Assembly (NCBI GenBank): GCA_050951545.1
Contig: JBMNJG010000013.1
Coordinates: 1 to 64,000, forward strand
DNA from: Limnochordia bacterium
GTDB lineage: Bacteria > Bacillota > Limnochordia > DTU080
Reading direction: 5' to 3'
Length of the DNA stretch: 64,000 nucleotides
Part shown: positions 28,682 through 39,515 of the stretch, one piece after another
How positions within the stretch are numbered: position 1 is the first letter of the stretch
Layout of the letters: each line of letters begins with the position of its first letter
Translations under genes and position numbers: made by a program
The notes under the pieces: model-generated
What the model was told of the DNA's origin: nothing
What the model saw: the letters and a program-made list of their open reading frames with translations, nothing else
The model's database searches: none

Positions 28682-31600
28682 ATGCGCCCACATTTACCCG
28701 TGTTGACCCTCTTCCTGATACTGGTCTTTTGTGCTGCCTTGGTTCACGCCTCTTCACTTGTACCCAATGGTAGCTTTGAGGAACTAGACACCCGGGGCTT
28801 GCCCGTCGCATTTACGACTTGGGTAGCCCAGGGTCAGCCGGAATTCGCGATCGATGCCGAGTCAGCCCACACTGGCCGACGCTCCTTCCGCATTTCCGGT
28901 GACGGGAGCGCCCGCGCCAGTGTGAATAGCACAATTCCTTTCGCAAGGGGGACCTATCGGGCCACCCTTTGGTACCGAATCAGTCCTGGGATGCAGTTGA
29001 GCGGTGTGACAGTGAGAATCATGGTTTTCCATGGTTCCGGTTCCAGTGAAAGTGACAAGGTAAACTGGGATATGAATCAAGTGGCAGCCAGCCCTGGGAC
29101 AGCGACTCTGCTACAGGGCAACAATCTGCACGTTGTGCCAGACGGGGAGCCAGCTGCTGGCGAGTGGCATCCCTTAGAAGTGGTCTTCACTATACCTGAG
29201 GAAGTCGTACGCCTTCAGTTTAACCTGTTCAACTGGCTCGGAGAGGGCACAGTCTGGTATGACGATCTGCACCTTGAACCCACCACTTTCGATTGGGTCT
29301 CCTATCAAGCCACGCGTCAGGAACGAGAGCTACGCGCCTTAGGGGAACCGCTCATGCTGGAGGCTCTACGGGAAGAGCACCCGCGCTTACTTATGGACAA
29401 AGCGGATTTGCCCCGTCTTCAGGAGTTGGTGGCCCATGATCTGCAGGCAAAAGCTTGGTATGCGGCACTAAAGGTCAGTGCCACGAATCTACTCCACCAG
29501 CCGCCTTCACAGTACGAAATCCCCGATGGCATCCGCCTGCTGGCGACGAGCCGCCGGGTGCTCGACCGCGTGACTCTACTCGCTTTTGTACACCTCATGG
29601 AAAACGATATGCGCTTTGCCGAGAGAGCCTGGCGGGAGTTAGAGGCGGCGGCCCGTTTCCCGGACTGGAACCCCCGACACTTCCTTGATACTGCCGAGAT
29701 GACTCACGCCTTCGCCATCGGCTATGATTGGCTGTACCAGGTGTGGACCCCCGAACAGCGCGATGTACTGCGTACGGCTATCGTAGAGATGGGTCTGGAA
29801 CCCGGCCTGAATGCCTACAGGGGTAGCGCCTCTTGGGTGCGGGCTACACATAACTGGAATCTGGTCTGTAACGGCGGCTTGGCCATGGGGGCACTCGCCA
29901 TTGGTGACGAAGAACCCGTTATCGCAGAACTGATACTACGGTTTGGGTTGAAGAGCGTACCGCTGGCCATCACCCAGTTTGCCCCTGATGGCGGATGGGA
30001 TGAGGGCGTCGGCTACTGGCATTACTCCATTCGCTACCTGATCCCCTACATTGCCGCCCTTGAGAGCGCCCTTGGTAGTAGTTTCGGCTTGGCCGACACA
30101 CCTGGTCTAGAGTCTGCGGGCACGTTCCCCATCTACCTTACTTCGCCTGCTGGCATCACTTTTAACTTTTCCGACAGCGGAAAAGGCGTCGTCAACGCCC
30201 CTGAGATGTATTGGATGGCCCAACGCTACGAGCAGCCCAGTTACGCCTGGTGGCAGAATCGGATGTCCGGTGACAAGGGTAGTGTCCTAGCCCTACTATG
30301 GTACGCACGGGACCTCTTAGTGGACTTCACCCCGGCTACCCTCCCCCTAGACAAGCACTTTCGCCATGTCGAAGTGGCGACGATGCGTAGCGCCTGGGAA
30401 GAAAAAGACGCGCTCTTCGTCGGCTTGATAGCAGGTGACAACAACGCCAATCACGGCGATCTAGACATGGGCCAATTCGTTCTTGATGCGCTCGGACAGC
30501 GCTGGGCCGTTGATCTGGGGGCCGACGATTACAACATTCCAGGCTATTGGGGCACCCAACGTTGGACCTACTACCGCAAACGGGCGGAGGGGCACAACAC
30601 GCTTGTCCTTGACCCTTCAGCCGATGTGGATCAGGATCCGCGTGGGGTGGCGCACATCGTCTTCCAGGGGGCAGGAGAGGGCGAAGCGGTTTCTATCGCC
30701 GATCTCACCCCGGGCTATCAGCGCCACGCCCTCTCGCTTAAGCGTGGCATCGCCCTGATGGATGATCGTAGCCAAGTGCTTGTGCAAGACGAGATCGAGA
30801 CCCCGGTGCCCACCGAAGTCTGGTGGTTTATGCATACCCTAGCGAATATCACTTTAGACGTTGACGGCACTTCAGCCCTTCTCGAGCAAGGAGGGAAGCG
30901 ACTGGCCGTGCGTATCCTGGCGCCTGTCGGAGCCACCTTCACTGTACTACCCGCCGCTCCATTGCCCACCTCGCCAAATCCGGCGGTTCAGGCCGTCAAC
31001 CACAATGTGCGTAAACTAGCGATCCATTTCACCAACATCACCAATACCCGTATCGTCGTGCAGTTCACCCCGCTAGTAGCCAACGAGTTGGGTTCTCTGG
31101 CTCCTGAGGTGAAGCCTCTCAAGGCCTGGCAAGAGGGACTTGAGGATGGTCGCCGCCTTTGGACGCCACTGGAGCGCATTGCGCTTGATATCGGCTTACC
31201 CTCGGAAGCTCTGCGCGGCGTGGTACCCATCACCATGGAGTGGGGCCTACCTTCCTCTGAACGGCTGAAGCAGGTGTGCGTCATGGTGGATGATGAGACG
31301 CTCTACACGGGAACCCAATTGCCCGAGGAGCTTCCGCTCGATACCCGTTCCTTGAGCGATGGTCCCCATCACCTGACAGTCCAGGCTATGGTGGAAGGTT
31401 CACTGGTCGAGCGAACGTACCCCTTCCGGGTGGCCAACTGGTGGCAGATCATCGACCGGATGGAGCCGCCCATAGATAGCGGTTGGTTCGGTACGTTGAT
31501 CCGCTCAAAAAACTAGCTCGGAAAGTGCTGGTTGGGCCTACACGACCGTGGCCTCAAGCACGCAACTTGGGGGAGCCGACCGACGTATACGGACGGAGGA

Positions 31601-31913
31601 CACCGAAGAACAGCTCACCTGGGAAACCCCTAACCTGCGACGTATTAAGGTTCGCCTGGAGGCCCCCCGTAGCACAGTAGGGTCGGGGCTGCGTCTTTCC
31701 ATCTCACAGGACGGAGAGACCTGGCAGCATCTGCCTTACACCACACACGAGCTCGGCATCTCGCCAGAGGGGTTGCATGCACTAGTCATGGAGGCCGAGC
31801 TCCCTACAGATACACATGATGTACACTGGTGTCAGTTGCGCGTGCTACCAGGTCACTTCGCTGCAGACAAGCTACAGATTGGGCAAGCGGAGTTCACGGG
31901 TCTCCACGAATAA
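28682..31913 (+). CDS. Secreted heparinase II/III-like polysaccharide lyase with N-terminal carbohydrate-binding domain; +1 frameshift in an A6 run near 31510
   Basis: Signal peptide, LVPNGSFE CBM-like start, HPRLL, WNPRHFLDTAE, HNWNLVCNGG, EGVGYW, NHGDLD, GHNTLV; removing one A joins ORF 31548-31913. Confidence 0.85.
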
Positions 31914-31918
31914 TCGAA

Positions 31919-31940
31919 GGGCCACCTCGGGGTGGCCCCC
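31919..31940 (+). terminator. Stem-loop after the lyase gene
   Basis: GGGCCACC-TCGG-GGTGGCCC; no clear U-tract. Confidence 0.5.
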
Positions 31941-32197
31941 ATAGTCACATTCCCGGGCGATCTTTCTCATGCGGGCTGCGTTTGGCTTTCTCCATAGCCT
32001 TGCTCTGAAGGTCGACCGCACCGTGTGGTTCGGTCGCCGAGGGCTGCATGGTATTCCAGCTCGTCAGCGCAGCCTGATCTGTCTCTGGCTTGCCCGTGCA
32101 TGGTGCCGATGCTCTTTGGCGAGGTGATTGAATGCAGAGCGAGACATCCTCGGCAAGCTATCCTGTCTCCCGCTTGCTGAAAGCAGAGTGGGGGATT

Positions 32198-32464
32198 GAG
32201 CTCACGGAGCTACTGCTTGTGAGGCACGGTCGATCACTGGCTGACGATGAGCAGAGGATTGAAGGCGGGGGCTATGACTCCCCCTTACGAATCTTGGCGT
32301 GGAGCAAGTTTGAAAGCTCGCTGTCAGATTACAGAGAGAGGCTGTGTAGTCGCCCATGGCGGAACGTTGCACATATTGGTCAGACTCGCTCTTGGTCTTC
32401 CCATGGTTTTGCCTTATTGGCAACAGCAGGGATTTCGATTCCGGTAGCTGGTACTGCGCAGTAG
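32198..32464 (+). pseudogene. Histidine phosphatase remnant
   Basis: LLLVRHGRS..DSPL, then VVAHGGTL in another frame; middle missing. Confidence 0.65.
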
Positions 32465-32481
32465 GGAAGGAGTGGAAGCGT

Positions 32482-33114
32482 ATGAGCTGTTTGGCGGCAT
32501 TGGCCCATGGTATCCCCTTCTATGGCGACACTCGCGCTGATATGGTTAGGTTTCTTGCCTGCCATGGTCACCACAAGACCATCAGCCACAGTATGTGCGT
32601 TGCCGAAGAAGCAGGGCGCTTGGCCATACGATGGAACGAGAGTGCTGCGCACGCTCAGGTGGCCGGCTGGCTGCACGATATTAGCGCTGTGATCCCAAAT
32701 GGCGAACGTATCTCGGTCGCCGAGCACTTAGGTCTCGACATATTGCCCGAAGAGCGCACTGCGCCCATGATCATGCACCAGAAACTGTCGGCGGAGATCG
32801 CCTCAGAGTTGTTTGGGGTTTCGAACAAAGAGATCCTCAGCGCCATCGCCTGCCATACAACGCTGAAGGCAGACGCCTCAAAGCTGGACAAGATCGTGTT
32901 TGTGGCAGACAAGATTTGCTGGGACCAATCTGGGGATCCGCCGTATCTAGGGCAAATCCTTGAGGCCGCAGAACACTCTCTGGACAAGGCCGCATGCATC
33001 TACCTGGAGTATCTCTGGCGGAGGCGGAACGAGCTGCCAGTCTTACATCCACGGGTTGAAGATGCGCACAAGCAGCTGCGCTGCAGTGGTCTCTTCTCGT
33101 ACGAAGGACCCTGA
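32482..33114 (+). CDS. HD-domain YqeK-like Ap4A hydrolase
   Basis: TISHS, AGWLHDIS, IMHQKLS, AIACHTT, VFVADK; RBS AAGGAG. Confidence 0.85.
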   Translation: MSCLAALAHGIPFYGDTRADMVRFLACHGHHKTISHSMCVAEEAGRLAIRWNESAAHAQVAGWLHDISAVIPNGERISVAEHLGLDILPEERTAPMIMHQKLSAEIASELFGVSNKEILSAIACHTTLKADASKLDKIVFVADKICWDQSGDPPYLGQILEAAEHSLDKAACIYLEYLWRRRNELPVLHPRVEDAHKQLRCSGLFSYEGP

Positions 33115-33145
33115 ACCAGCGTTCGGCGGCTGACCGAAGGAGGAC

Positions 33146-33736
33146 ATGATGACAACTATCTGTATGGTACGGCATGGAGAGACTGACTGGAATGCAGCGG
33201 GAAAGATCCAGGGTCAGAAAGACACCGCACTCAATACAAAAGGGCGCGAGCAAGCTAGACTCGCCGGGCTCTATCTGCGTAGATGGCGCTGGGATGCTGT
33301 CTTCACTAGTCCCTTACAGAGGTCAAAAGAGAGCGCCTACATTATCGCGCGTGCGATAGGCATCCATGAGGTACAAGAGATGAACCATTTCCTCGAACGG
33401 GATTTTGGCCAGGCCGAAGGACTTACCTCCGAAGAGAGGCGGCGAAGGTACCCAGATGGAACCGTGCCGGGCCTTGAGCTTTGGGAGCAGCTACGACATC
33501 GGACCATGCAGGGATTAGATGTCCTAGTGAAGGGCTATCCTGGGGGGAAGCTGATCTTAGTAGCTCACGGTGGCGCGATCAATGCCATTCTTGCCACCAT
33601 TTCGGCAGGAAGCATCGGGAGCGGGAAGACGGTCCTTCGCAATGCTGGCCTCAGTTTGATCCACTTCCAGCACGCGATATGGGAAATAGAGTTCTACAAC
33701 TACACGGCTCACCTGGACGCACGTGATTTTGGTTGA
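33146..33736 (+). CDS. Histidine phosphatase (phosphoglycerate mutase family)
   Basis: VRHGETDWN, TSPLQR, ERDFG, VAHGG; RBS AGGAGG. Confidence 0.93.
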   Translation: MMTTICMVRHGETDWNAAGKIQGQKDTALNTKGREQARLAGLYLRRWRWDAVFTSPLQRSKESAYIIARAIGIHEVQEMNHFLERDFGQAEGLTSEERRRRYPDGTVPGLELWEQLRHRTMQGLDVLVKGYPGGKLILVAHGGAINAILATISAGSIGSGKTVLRNAGLSLIHFQHAIWEIEFYNYTAHLDARDFG

Positions 33737-34203
33737 CTGACCTAGGCAATCGAACACTTGCGCGATCCCTGCAAAACTGGTATCATCGAGACGCAACTGA
33801 CCACCATTGGCGCGCCAGGGCATGCACTGAGTAGCGCGCCGATGATGAAGATGAGTGCTGGGATCACTTGGAAGAGAAGCCAGCGGAGACTGATGAGTCG
33901 TCGTTTTACCTCGGCGAGACAGACAATCTAGGGTATCCGGTGAGCCTGGAAGGTAGCGAGATAGTCATCAGGTCGGGAATGTTGTCGTTTGGCTTCATGT
34001 GCTTTCTGGCCCCCTCTGCGGAGGAGGTTCTGGATTGCGGGCCTCTTGATCAGCCCATGTACGATTTCGCAAGCAAGTTCATCAAGTCCTAGGGTGCTGG
34101 GGCAATGCAGGCGATCGCAGTCCTCGGGCGCCACGCCCTCCGCGGTTGGCCTTCCTGGGGTGCAACTCACTTTAGGGGTAGACGGGAACGATCAACAGCG
34201 CAC

Positions 34204-34418
34204 TTATGCTGTAGCTGAGATGCGGGTACGGCGTCACCAGCGTTCGTTTCGGGAACGTGTCTTGGGGGCCTACCGACGCCAGCGTGCGTTCTGTAGGTTG
34301 CGACACGACGAGCTACTGGATGCTGCTCATGTCGTGCCTGATGCCCATGGCGAGGGCGAGCCCATCGTGCAAAATGGTCTGGCCTCGTGTAGCCTTCACC
34401 ACAGAGCTTTCGATAGGG
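34204..34418 (+). pseudogene. Diverged fragment of an HNH endonuclease gene (paralog of 52371-52585)
   Basis: YAVAEMRVRRHQRSFRERVL..LLDAAHVVPD..NGLASCSLHHRAFDR. Confidence 0.9.
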
Positions 34419-34623
34419 ATTCTATGGAAGTCACGTGCCATGCGGAATTCTGTGCGGCAGTGCAGTGTGTAGGGCCTTACAGTCTAGCGAAAGCCATTTC
34501 GCATCGGGGGCGGGCCGCCTTTGCTGGGGCGGCCCGTTCCAAATCGAGTCCACACTGGTGGGCTTACCTCGCGCCTCTGAGTGGTACTCTGCTAGCATGG
34601 CATCGCCTATACCTTGGACATCG

Positions 34624-34714
34624 TCAATAATCGACTTCGGCACGGACGCGCCTCATGAACCATTCGCTAAAGAAGGCCGGAAGATCTGTACGTCTGCTCG
34701 CTGAGATGATCAAC
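34624..34714 (-). pseudogene. DUF1848 N-terminal remnant
   Basis: LIISASRRTDLPAFFSEWFMRRVR matches the DUF1848 N-terminus; stops after ~30 codons. Confidence 0.7.
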
Positions 34715-34806
34715 CGATCCCCTCTTTTCTCACGTTCGCCTCTTCTGGAAGGAAAACGGATAGTGGCTCCTAAGATTCTACCAGGTAATCGTCGGGAGAG
34801 GATACT

Positions 34807-35751
34807 ATGCGTCTTCAGGATTTGCACACCCACAGCAGCTATTCCGACGGGAAAAACGACGTGGGCCTCATGGTGTTGGCCGCCGACGTCTACGGTCTAG
34901 ACACCATCGCCATCACGGACCACTACAGTGACCGATATGCCTTCAACATCACTGACTTGGTCCGCGACTGCGAAGCAGCGCGAGAGTGGGCGAACTGCGA
35001 CGTCATGGTTGGTGTAGAGGCCGTGATCACCAGTATCGCGGGCCATGTCTCTGTTACTGATGAGGTATTACCGCACCTGGATCTCGTGCTATGCGAACTA
35101 GGCCCGCAGGTCGTGGAACCCGTGATGACTCTTCCCGTGGAACGTCGGGCGGAGAGTCTTACCCGGGCTATGGTCAATGCGTGTCGCCGTAACCCGTGCA
35201 TACGCATCCTGGCCCATCCCCTCAATATGGCCGCGATTGCGGGCGTCGATCTCAATCAGTTCAGCGAACCCCTCCTGGATGAGTTGGCCACCACATGCAT
35301 CGAGACGGGCGTGGCGTTTGAGGTCATGAGCGACCAGTGGTGGTGGTTTCGCCATCAGCCCATCGATGCCGTCACGGGCAAGTACGCCCGCATCGTCTCC
35401 TACATGGCGTCTAAGGGTGTCGAGTTCACTCTCGGAAGCGACGCCCATAGCCATCAAGGCGTGGGTAACTTCACCTGGGCCCGCCGCGTGCTGTCGTTGA
35501 CAGAGGTGAGCGAGGAACAGATTGCGTACATAGACAGGGGAAGTAGCATGTCTTTGAAAAACATACATAAGACGTCGCCGCGATGTGCCACTTGTTTCTT
35601 GTGGCTGGGTTCCCAGCGCGAGGTGCGTCGGGGAATGCCGAGCATCATCCAATTTGAGGACAACGAACGGGCTACCTGTCGACAGTCCGGCTTGACTAGG
35701 GCCGCTTGGCACGGGGGAGGATGTAGGGACTGGAAACCCTGGATCCGCTAG
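34807..35751 (+). CDS. PHP domain protein with Cys-rich C-terminal extension
   Basis: DLHTHSSYSDG, IAITDH, GVEA, ILAHP, LGSDAH. Confidence 0.88.
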   Translation: MRLQDLHTHSSYSDGKNDVGLMVLAADVYGLDTIAITDHYSDRYAFNITDLVRDCEAAREWANCDVMVGVEAVITSIAGHVSVTDEVLPHLDLVLCELGPQVVEPVMTLPVERRAESLTRAMVNACRRNPCIRILAHPLNMAAIAGVDLNQFSEPLLDELATTCIETGVAFEVMSDQWWWFRHQPIDAVTGKYARIVSYMASKGVEFTLGSDAHSHQGVGNFTWARRVLSLTEVSEEQIAYIDRGSSMSLKNIHKTSPRCATCFLWLGSQREVRRGMPSIIQFEDNERATCRQSGLTRAAWHGGGCRDWKPWIR

Positions 35752-35802
35752 ATCCGAATGAAGGCCAAAAGAAGGTGCGCGAATTGAACACCGTAGCGTT
35801 GT

Positions 35803-35920
35803 ATGGGCGATGGGAAGGGTGTTTCCCGGCCAATCAGCGTTGCAGACAGGGAAGAGTCTGAAACCCAAGAGGTTGAGCGGAAGATCGACCCCGGCAGCAA
35901 GACCACAGGTGTGGCTACTC
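35803..35920 (+). pseudogene. IscB (RRXRR/RuvC-I) remnant
   Basis: DGKGVSRPISVADREESETQEVERKIDPGSKTTGVA matches the IscB pattern ..Q.v.lkIDPGSKTTG.A. Confidence 0.7.
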
Positions 35921-36109
35921 CGATCATCGATCTAGGGGTCGATGCGCCTGTGCCTGACGTGTGGTAGCGAGCCTCGTTAGGCAGAAGGCTGGGTCAGAGA
36001 GGGGGTACCGCATTTGCGGATCAAGGTGAAGCGACCACTGCACGAGCTGTCAACATGCAAGCGCAAAGACGGTACATATGGCCAGGGTTGAGTCTCTGCC
36101 CAGAGCGCG

Positions 36110-37078
36110 TTAGACCCGGGTCGCGTCCCCCAGTGAGGCTTCCCGCAGGTACTTGTCCACGGCGAGGGCAGCTAGGGTTCCTTGAGCGGCCGCTACTACG
36201 ACCTGTCGCACCTGGTGGCAAGCCACGTCGCCGGCGGCAAACACACCGGGCAGCCCCGTGGAGCTATCCTCTGGATCGACTTCGAGGCAGCCTTCGGCCG
36301 TCGTTTGTACGCTGCCGTCCAGATAATCAAGCACAGGCTGATTGCCCGTCAGGTACACAAACACGCCCGACACGGGGCGAGTCTCCTTCGCACCGTCGAC
36401 CTGCAGTGCCACGCCGGTCACAAATCTGTCGCCCTCAATGCCGACAATGCGCGCCCCTTCCAAGAAGGTCACCTTAGGATGTTGCGTGATGATCGCGCGG
36501 TCCTCTGCTGAGAGCTTGCCATGGGGGATCAAATACACTTTCCGGGCGAATTTCGCAACGGTGGCCAGTTCGTCAACCATCATCTCGCTATGACCGACGA
36601 CCGCCACGTCTTTCCCCTCGAAAAACGCCGCATCACAGGTGGCGCAATAGCTGACGCCCTTGCCTATCAGTTCGGCTTCGCCGGCGATGGACGGTTTGCG
36701 TCCCGTCGCCCCGGAGGCGATGATGACGGTACGAGTCCGAAATACGCCATCCAGCGTGATAACCTGCTTGGGATCGCTCCGCAGATCTGTCGTCAGTACC
36801 TGCGACTGGATGATCTCCGCCCCAAAACTCCGAGCCTGCTGGCGAAAACGGTCGAGCAACTCGCTGCCGCTAATCGCTTCGGGCACGCCGGGGTAATTGA
36901 CGATGCGTTCAGTGAGGCCGAGTGCTCCCGCCCGGGGATGCATGTCGACCACAAGGGTTTTGAGTGTGGCCCGAGCGGCGTAGAGGGCCGCACTCAGTCC
37001 AGCTGGCCCTCCGCCGATGATGACCGTATCGTACACTTCTGTCGGTGCTCTTGATCCAAAGGAAATATCCAGTTCCAA
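36110..37078 (-). CDS. trxB: Thioredoxin reductase
   Basis: IIGGGPAGL, GVSYCATCDA, VFAAGDV; NADPH motif altered (VVGHSE). Confidence 0.9.
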   Translation of the reverse strand: MELDISFGSRAPTEVYDTVIIGGGPAGLSAALYAARATLKTLVVDMHPRAGALGLTERIVNYPGVPEAISGSELLDRFRQQARSFGAEIIQSQVLTTDLRSDPKQVITLDGVFRTRTVIIASGATGRKPSIAGEAELIGKGVSYCATCDAAFFEGKDVAVVGHSEMMVDELATVAKFARKVYLIPHGKLSAEDRAIITQHPKVTFLEGARIVGIEGDRFVTGVALQVDGAKETRPVSGVFVYLTGNQPVLDYLDGSVQTTAEGCLEVDPEDSSTGLPGVFAAGDVACHQVRQVVVAAAQGTLAALAVDKYLREASLGDATRV

Positions 37079-37084
37079 AGCCCT

Positions 37085-37783
37085 CTACCTCACGATCAAG
37101 CCGGCTAGCGCCGCTTCTTCCTTAGTGACTTTGCCCGCAGCCATGAGGACGTGCAGGACAGCGGCATCCTCGGGGACCGCCCCTTCTACGTGGTGTTCTT
37201 CATTGATCACTGTGCGCGGCACTCCGTACACATCATAGCGCCGTGCCAGTTCTGGGAACTCCTGTGCCTCCACCATGTCCGCTTTGATCAAGTCGTTGGC
37301 AATCGCCATTTTGTGTGCCAGACGCACAGCGGGCGGGCAATACGGACACGTCGGAGTCGCAAATACTTGAATGTGCACAGGTTTGTCGATCTGCGCCAGC
37401 CGTTCCGTGTTTTCGGGTGACAACCCTGACGATCCCCTGGATACGTCGATCAGGGCCCCCACAAACGTGGTGAACTCGTACCCCGCCGGAATGCCGTAGA
37501 AGCGCACTCCGTAGTCTTTCTGCCCCACAATGGCGATCGCAGGGGCACGAGCAATGCCGTATTCCTCGGCCTCATCTCGGTTGGCATTAAGGTCGTAGAC
37601 CTCGACCGTGATGGAGTCAGAGAGCTCCCCCACCTCAGATACGAGCTGAACCGTCTCCTCACAGTACATGCAGTCTGACGCGTCATGCCCATCTGCAGTA
37701 AATGCGAGCACTCGTACCGGAGCGGTTAGTTCTTTGTCAAATAGCTCCGTCAACGCTTGACGATCGGCTTTCTTGATCAGCAT
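37085..37783 (-). CDS. Protein disulfide oxidoreductase (two thioredoxin folds, AhpF-NTD-like)
   Basis: CMYC and CPYC, RFYGIPAGYEF, VYGVPR, EGAVPE. Confidence 0.9.
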   Translation of the reverse strand: MLIKKADRQALTELFDKELTAPVRVLAFTADGHDASDCMYCEETVQLVSEVGELSDSITVEVYDLNANRDEAEEYGIARAPAIAIVGQKDYGVRFYGIPAGYEFTTFVGALIDVSRGSSGLSPENTERLAQIDKPVHIQVFATPTCPYCPPAVRLAHKMAIANDLIKADMVEAQEFPELARRYDVYGVPRTVINEEHHVEGAVPEDAAVLHVLMAAGKVTKEEAALAGLIVR

Positions 37784-37884
37784 CGTGCATCCCCTTTCCG
37801 GGACTTGCCCGTGGTCTTTACCTGCTACGGGATCCGGCAAGCCCCTTGCCCTGATTAAGGATATAGGGAAAGCACATCGTTTCG

Positions 37885-37902
37885 ATGTACGTTTTCGTAC
37901 AT
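37885..37902. promoter_or_regulatory. Palindromic Crp/Fnr-type operator candidate
   Basis: ATGTACG-TTTT-CGTACAT (TGTA-N8-TACA geometry) upstream of the PDO-trxB operon. Confidence 0.5.
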
Positions 37903-37912
37903 TGGCGGGGAT

Positions 37913-38605
37913 CTATGTGTCGGCTAGGTCTTGTTGGAGACGGGCGGGATAGACCCGGAGAGGGCCAGTCCGGCGGTAGTCGATGTAGCCAGCGGAGCGG
38001 AATTGGGCAAGCAAAGTGGTGACCTGTTCCCGCGTGGTGTTGATGCGGCTAGCCATTTCCTCATGGGTGGGGCCGTTGTGACATACGCTGCTGCCGTCGG
38101 GCTGGGCTTCGCCGTCTTCAGCCAGGCGCATCAGAAGCAAAGCGAGACGAGTCCGGACCTTGGCGAAGGCGAGTTGGGCGATTTGCTCCTCAAGCGAGCT
38201 AATGCGGTGACAAAAAAGTTGGAGCATGCTTAAGGCACCGTCGCGAGTGGCCGCGAGGTCGATGATCTCCTCGACGCCGATGTGCACCACCTTCGACGGC
38301 TCAATGGCTACAGCCTGCTCGTTGCGATGGTGTTGCTGGCAAAGGCAAAATTGCCCGAACATGTCGCCGGGACCGTGAAGACCAGTCACGAGTTCACGTC
38401 CCTCAGGCGACAACGTGCTCGTGCGCACTTGGCCTGCCTTGACAAGATACAGGCTGTCCACGGGATCACCGTAACCGTAAACTGTTGCCTGGTCTTCCAC
38501 GTCATACGTGCGGCCGAGTTCGGACAACTGCGCGCGTCCGGTCTGAACGAAGTCGAGCAACACCTGGCAATGTCTATGGGAAGGAAAGCCCAAAGCTTGA
38601 TTCAT
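37913..38605 (-). CDS. Crp/Fnr family transcriptional regulator
   Basis: LYLVKAGQV, GPGDMFG, RTRLALLL, THEEMASRINTTREQVT HTH. Confidence 0.92.
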   Translation of the reverse strand: MNQALGFPSHRHCQVLLDFVQTGRAQLSELGRTYDVEDQATVYGYGDPVDSLYLVKAGQVRTSTLSPEGRELVTGLHGPGDMFGQFCLCQQHHRNEQAVAIEPSKVVHIGVEEIIDLAATRDGALSMLQLFCHRISSLEEQIAQLAFAKVRTRLALLLMRLAEDGEAQPDGSSVCHNGPTHEEMASRINTTREQVTTLLAQFRSAGYIDYRRTGPLRVYPARLQQDLADT

Positions 38606-38891
38606 GGCCACTGATCCCTCGCCACAGTATTCGGTGTCTGCAGGGTGTTTCCTACCAGTGAGGCTAGTGCACGCGAGTGGGAGGGGTGGACCAAGGAAAC
38701 GTCCGTGCCGTACGAAGCAGGTCCTTGCACAAGTAGAGGTGAACCCGATGGAGGAAACAGTCATCACGGGCGGCTGTTATTGCGGCGCTATGCAGTAAGT
38801 TAGGAGCCACTTCCGCCAGGCACGACATCCGGATAGGTCGGGGTAGAGTTTGAACGATATGTGGGTGTGTTGTCGAACACCCTTACGATAT

Positions 38892-38966
38892 GTCTGGCAG
38901 GCGTTTTCAGCGGACGGGACTGAGGTTGGCGGGTTTCGCTGGCGCTGAAACGCAAGATCGTTAGGC
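38892..38966 (+). other. Integron attC-like site (degenerate left core)
   Basis: GTCTGGC..GCGTTTTCAGCG...CGCTGAAACGC AAGATC GTTAGGC: inverted L boxes with one extra base and a GTTRRRY core. Confidence 0.6.
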
Positions 38967-38984
38967 AGAGAGGTGACGATCGAA

Positions 38985-39515
38985 ATGAGTGACTCATCCG
39001 TGCAAGAAGAAGGGCAAAGCGTACTCAGCATTTCCGTCCCCGAGGCCAATGGTATCTGTCACTATGTCCGGTCCCGGTACAATGGAGAAGTTCCGCCGGT
39101 TGGCGTTCCAGCTCACATCACGCTACTTTACCCATGGATGCCACCAGGGCGTATCGATGAAACAGTGCTTGCTGAGCTCGCAACAGTGTTTGCCAGTTTT
39201 CCTGCCTTCGAATTCTCGCTTGACTTGGGGTGGTTCGGCCATGAGGTACTGTTGTTGGTTCCCAACGATCCCACTCCGTTCATCGACATGACAAAAGCAA
39301 TCATGCGCCAGTGGCCTGAGTTCAAATACTATGACGGTGATTACGGTGACATAGAGCCTCATGTCACATTGGCGTACGGCAGCGAGTCGAGCCTATCAGA
39401 AGTCGCAGCGGAGATTGCCAGGCAAGTCCCAGTGCGGGCGCGTGCTGGATCCATTTGCCTTAACGTCGGAAAGCCTGGGCAGATGATGACCCGTAAGATG
39501 TTTTTTCTAGATTAG
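38985..39515 (+). CDS. 2H phosphoesterase (2'-5' RNA ligase family)
   Basis: Two HxT motifs (AHITL, PHVTL); RBS GAGGTGA just after the attC core. Confidence 0.88.
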   Translation: MSDSSVQEEGQSVLSISVPEANGICHYVRSRYNGEVPPVGVPAHITLLYPWMPPGRIDETVLAELATVFASFPAFEFSLDLGWFGHEVLLLVPNDPTPFIDMTKAIMRQWPEFKYYDGDYGDIEPHVTLAYGSESSLSEVAAEIARQVPVRARAGSICLNVGKPGQMMTRKMFFLD

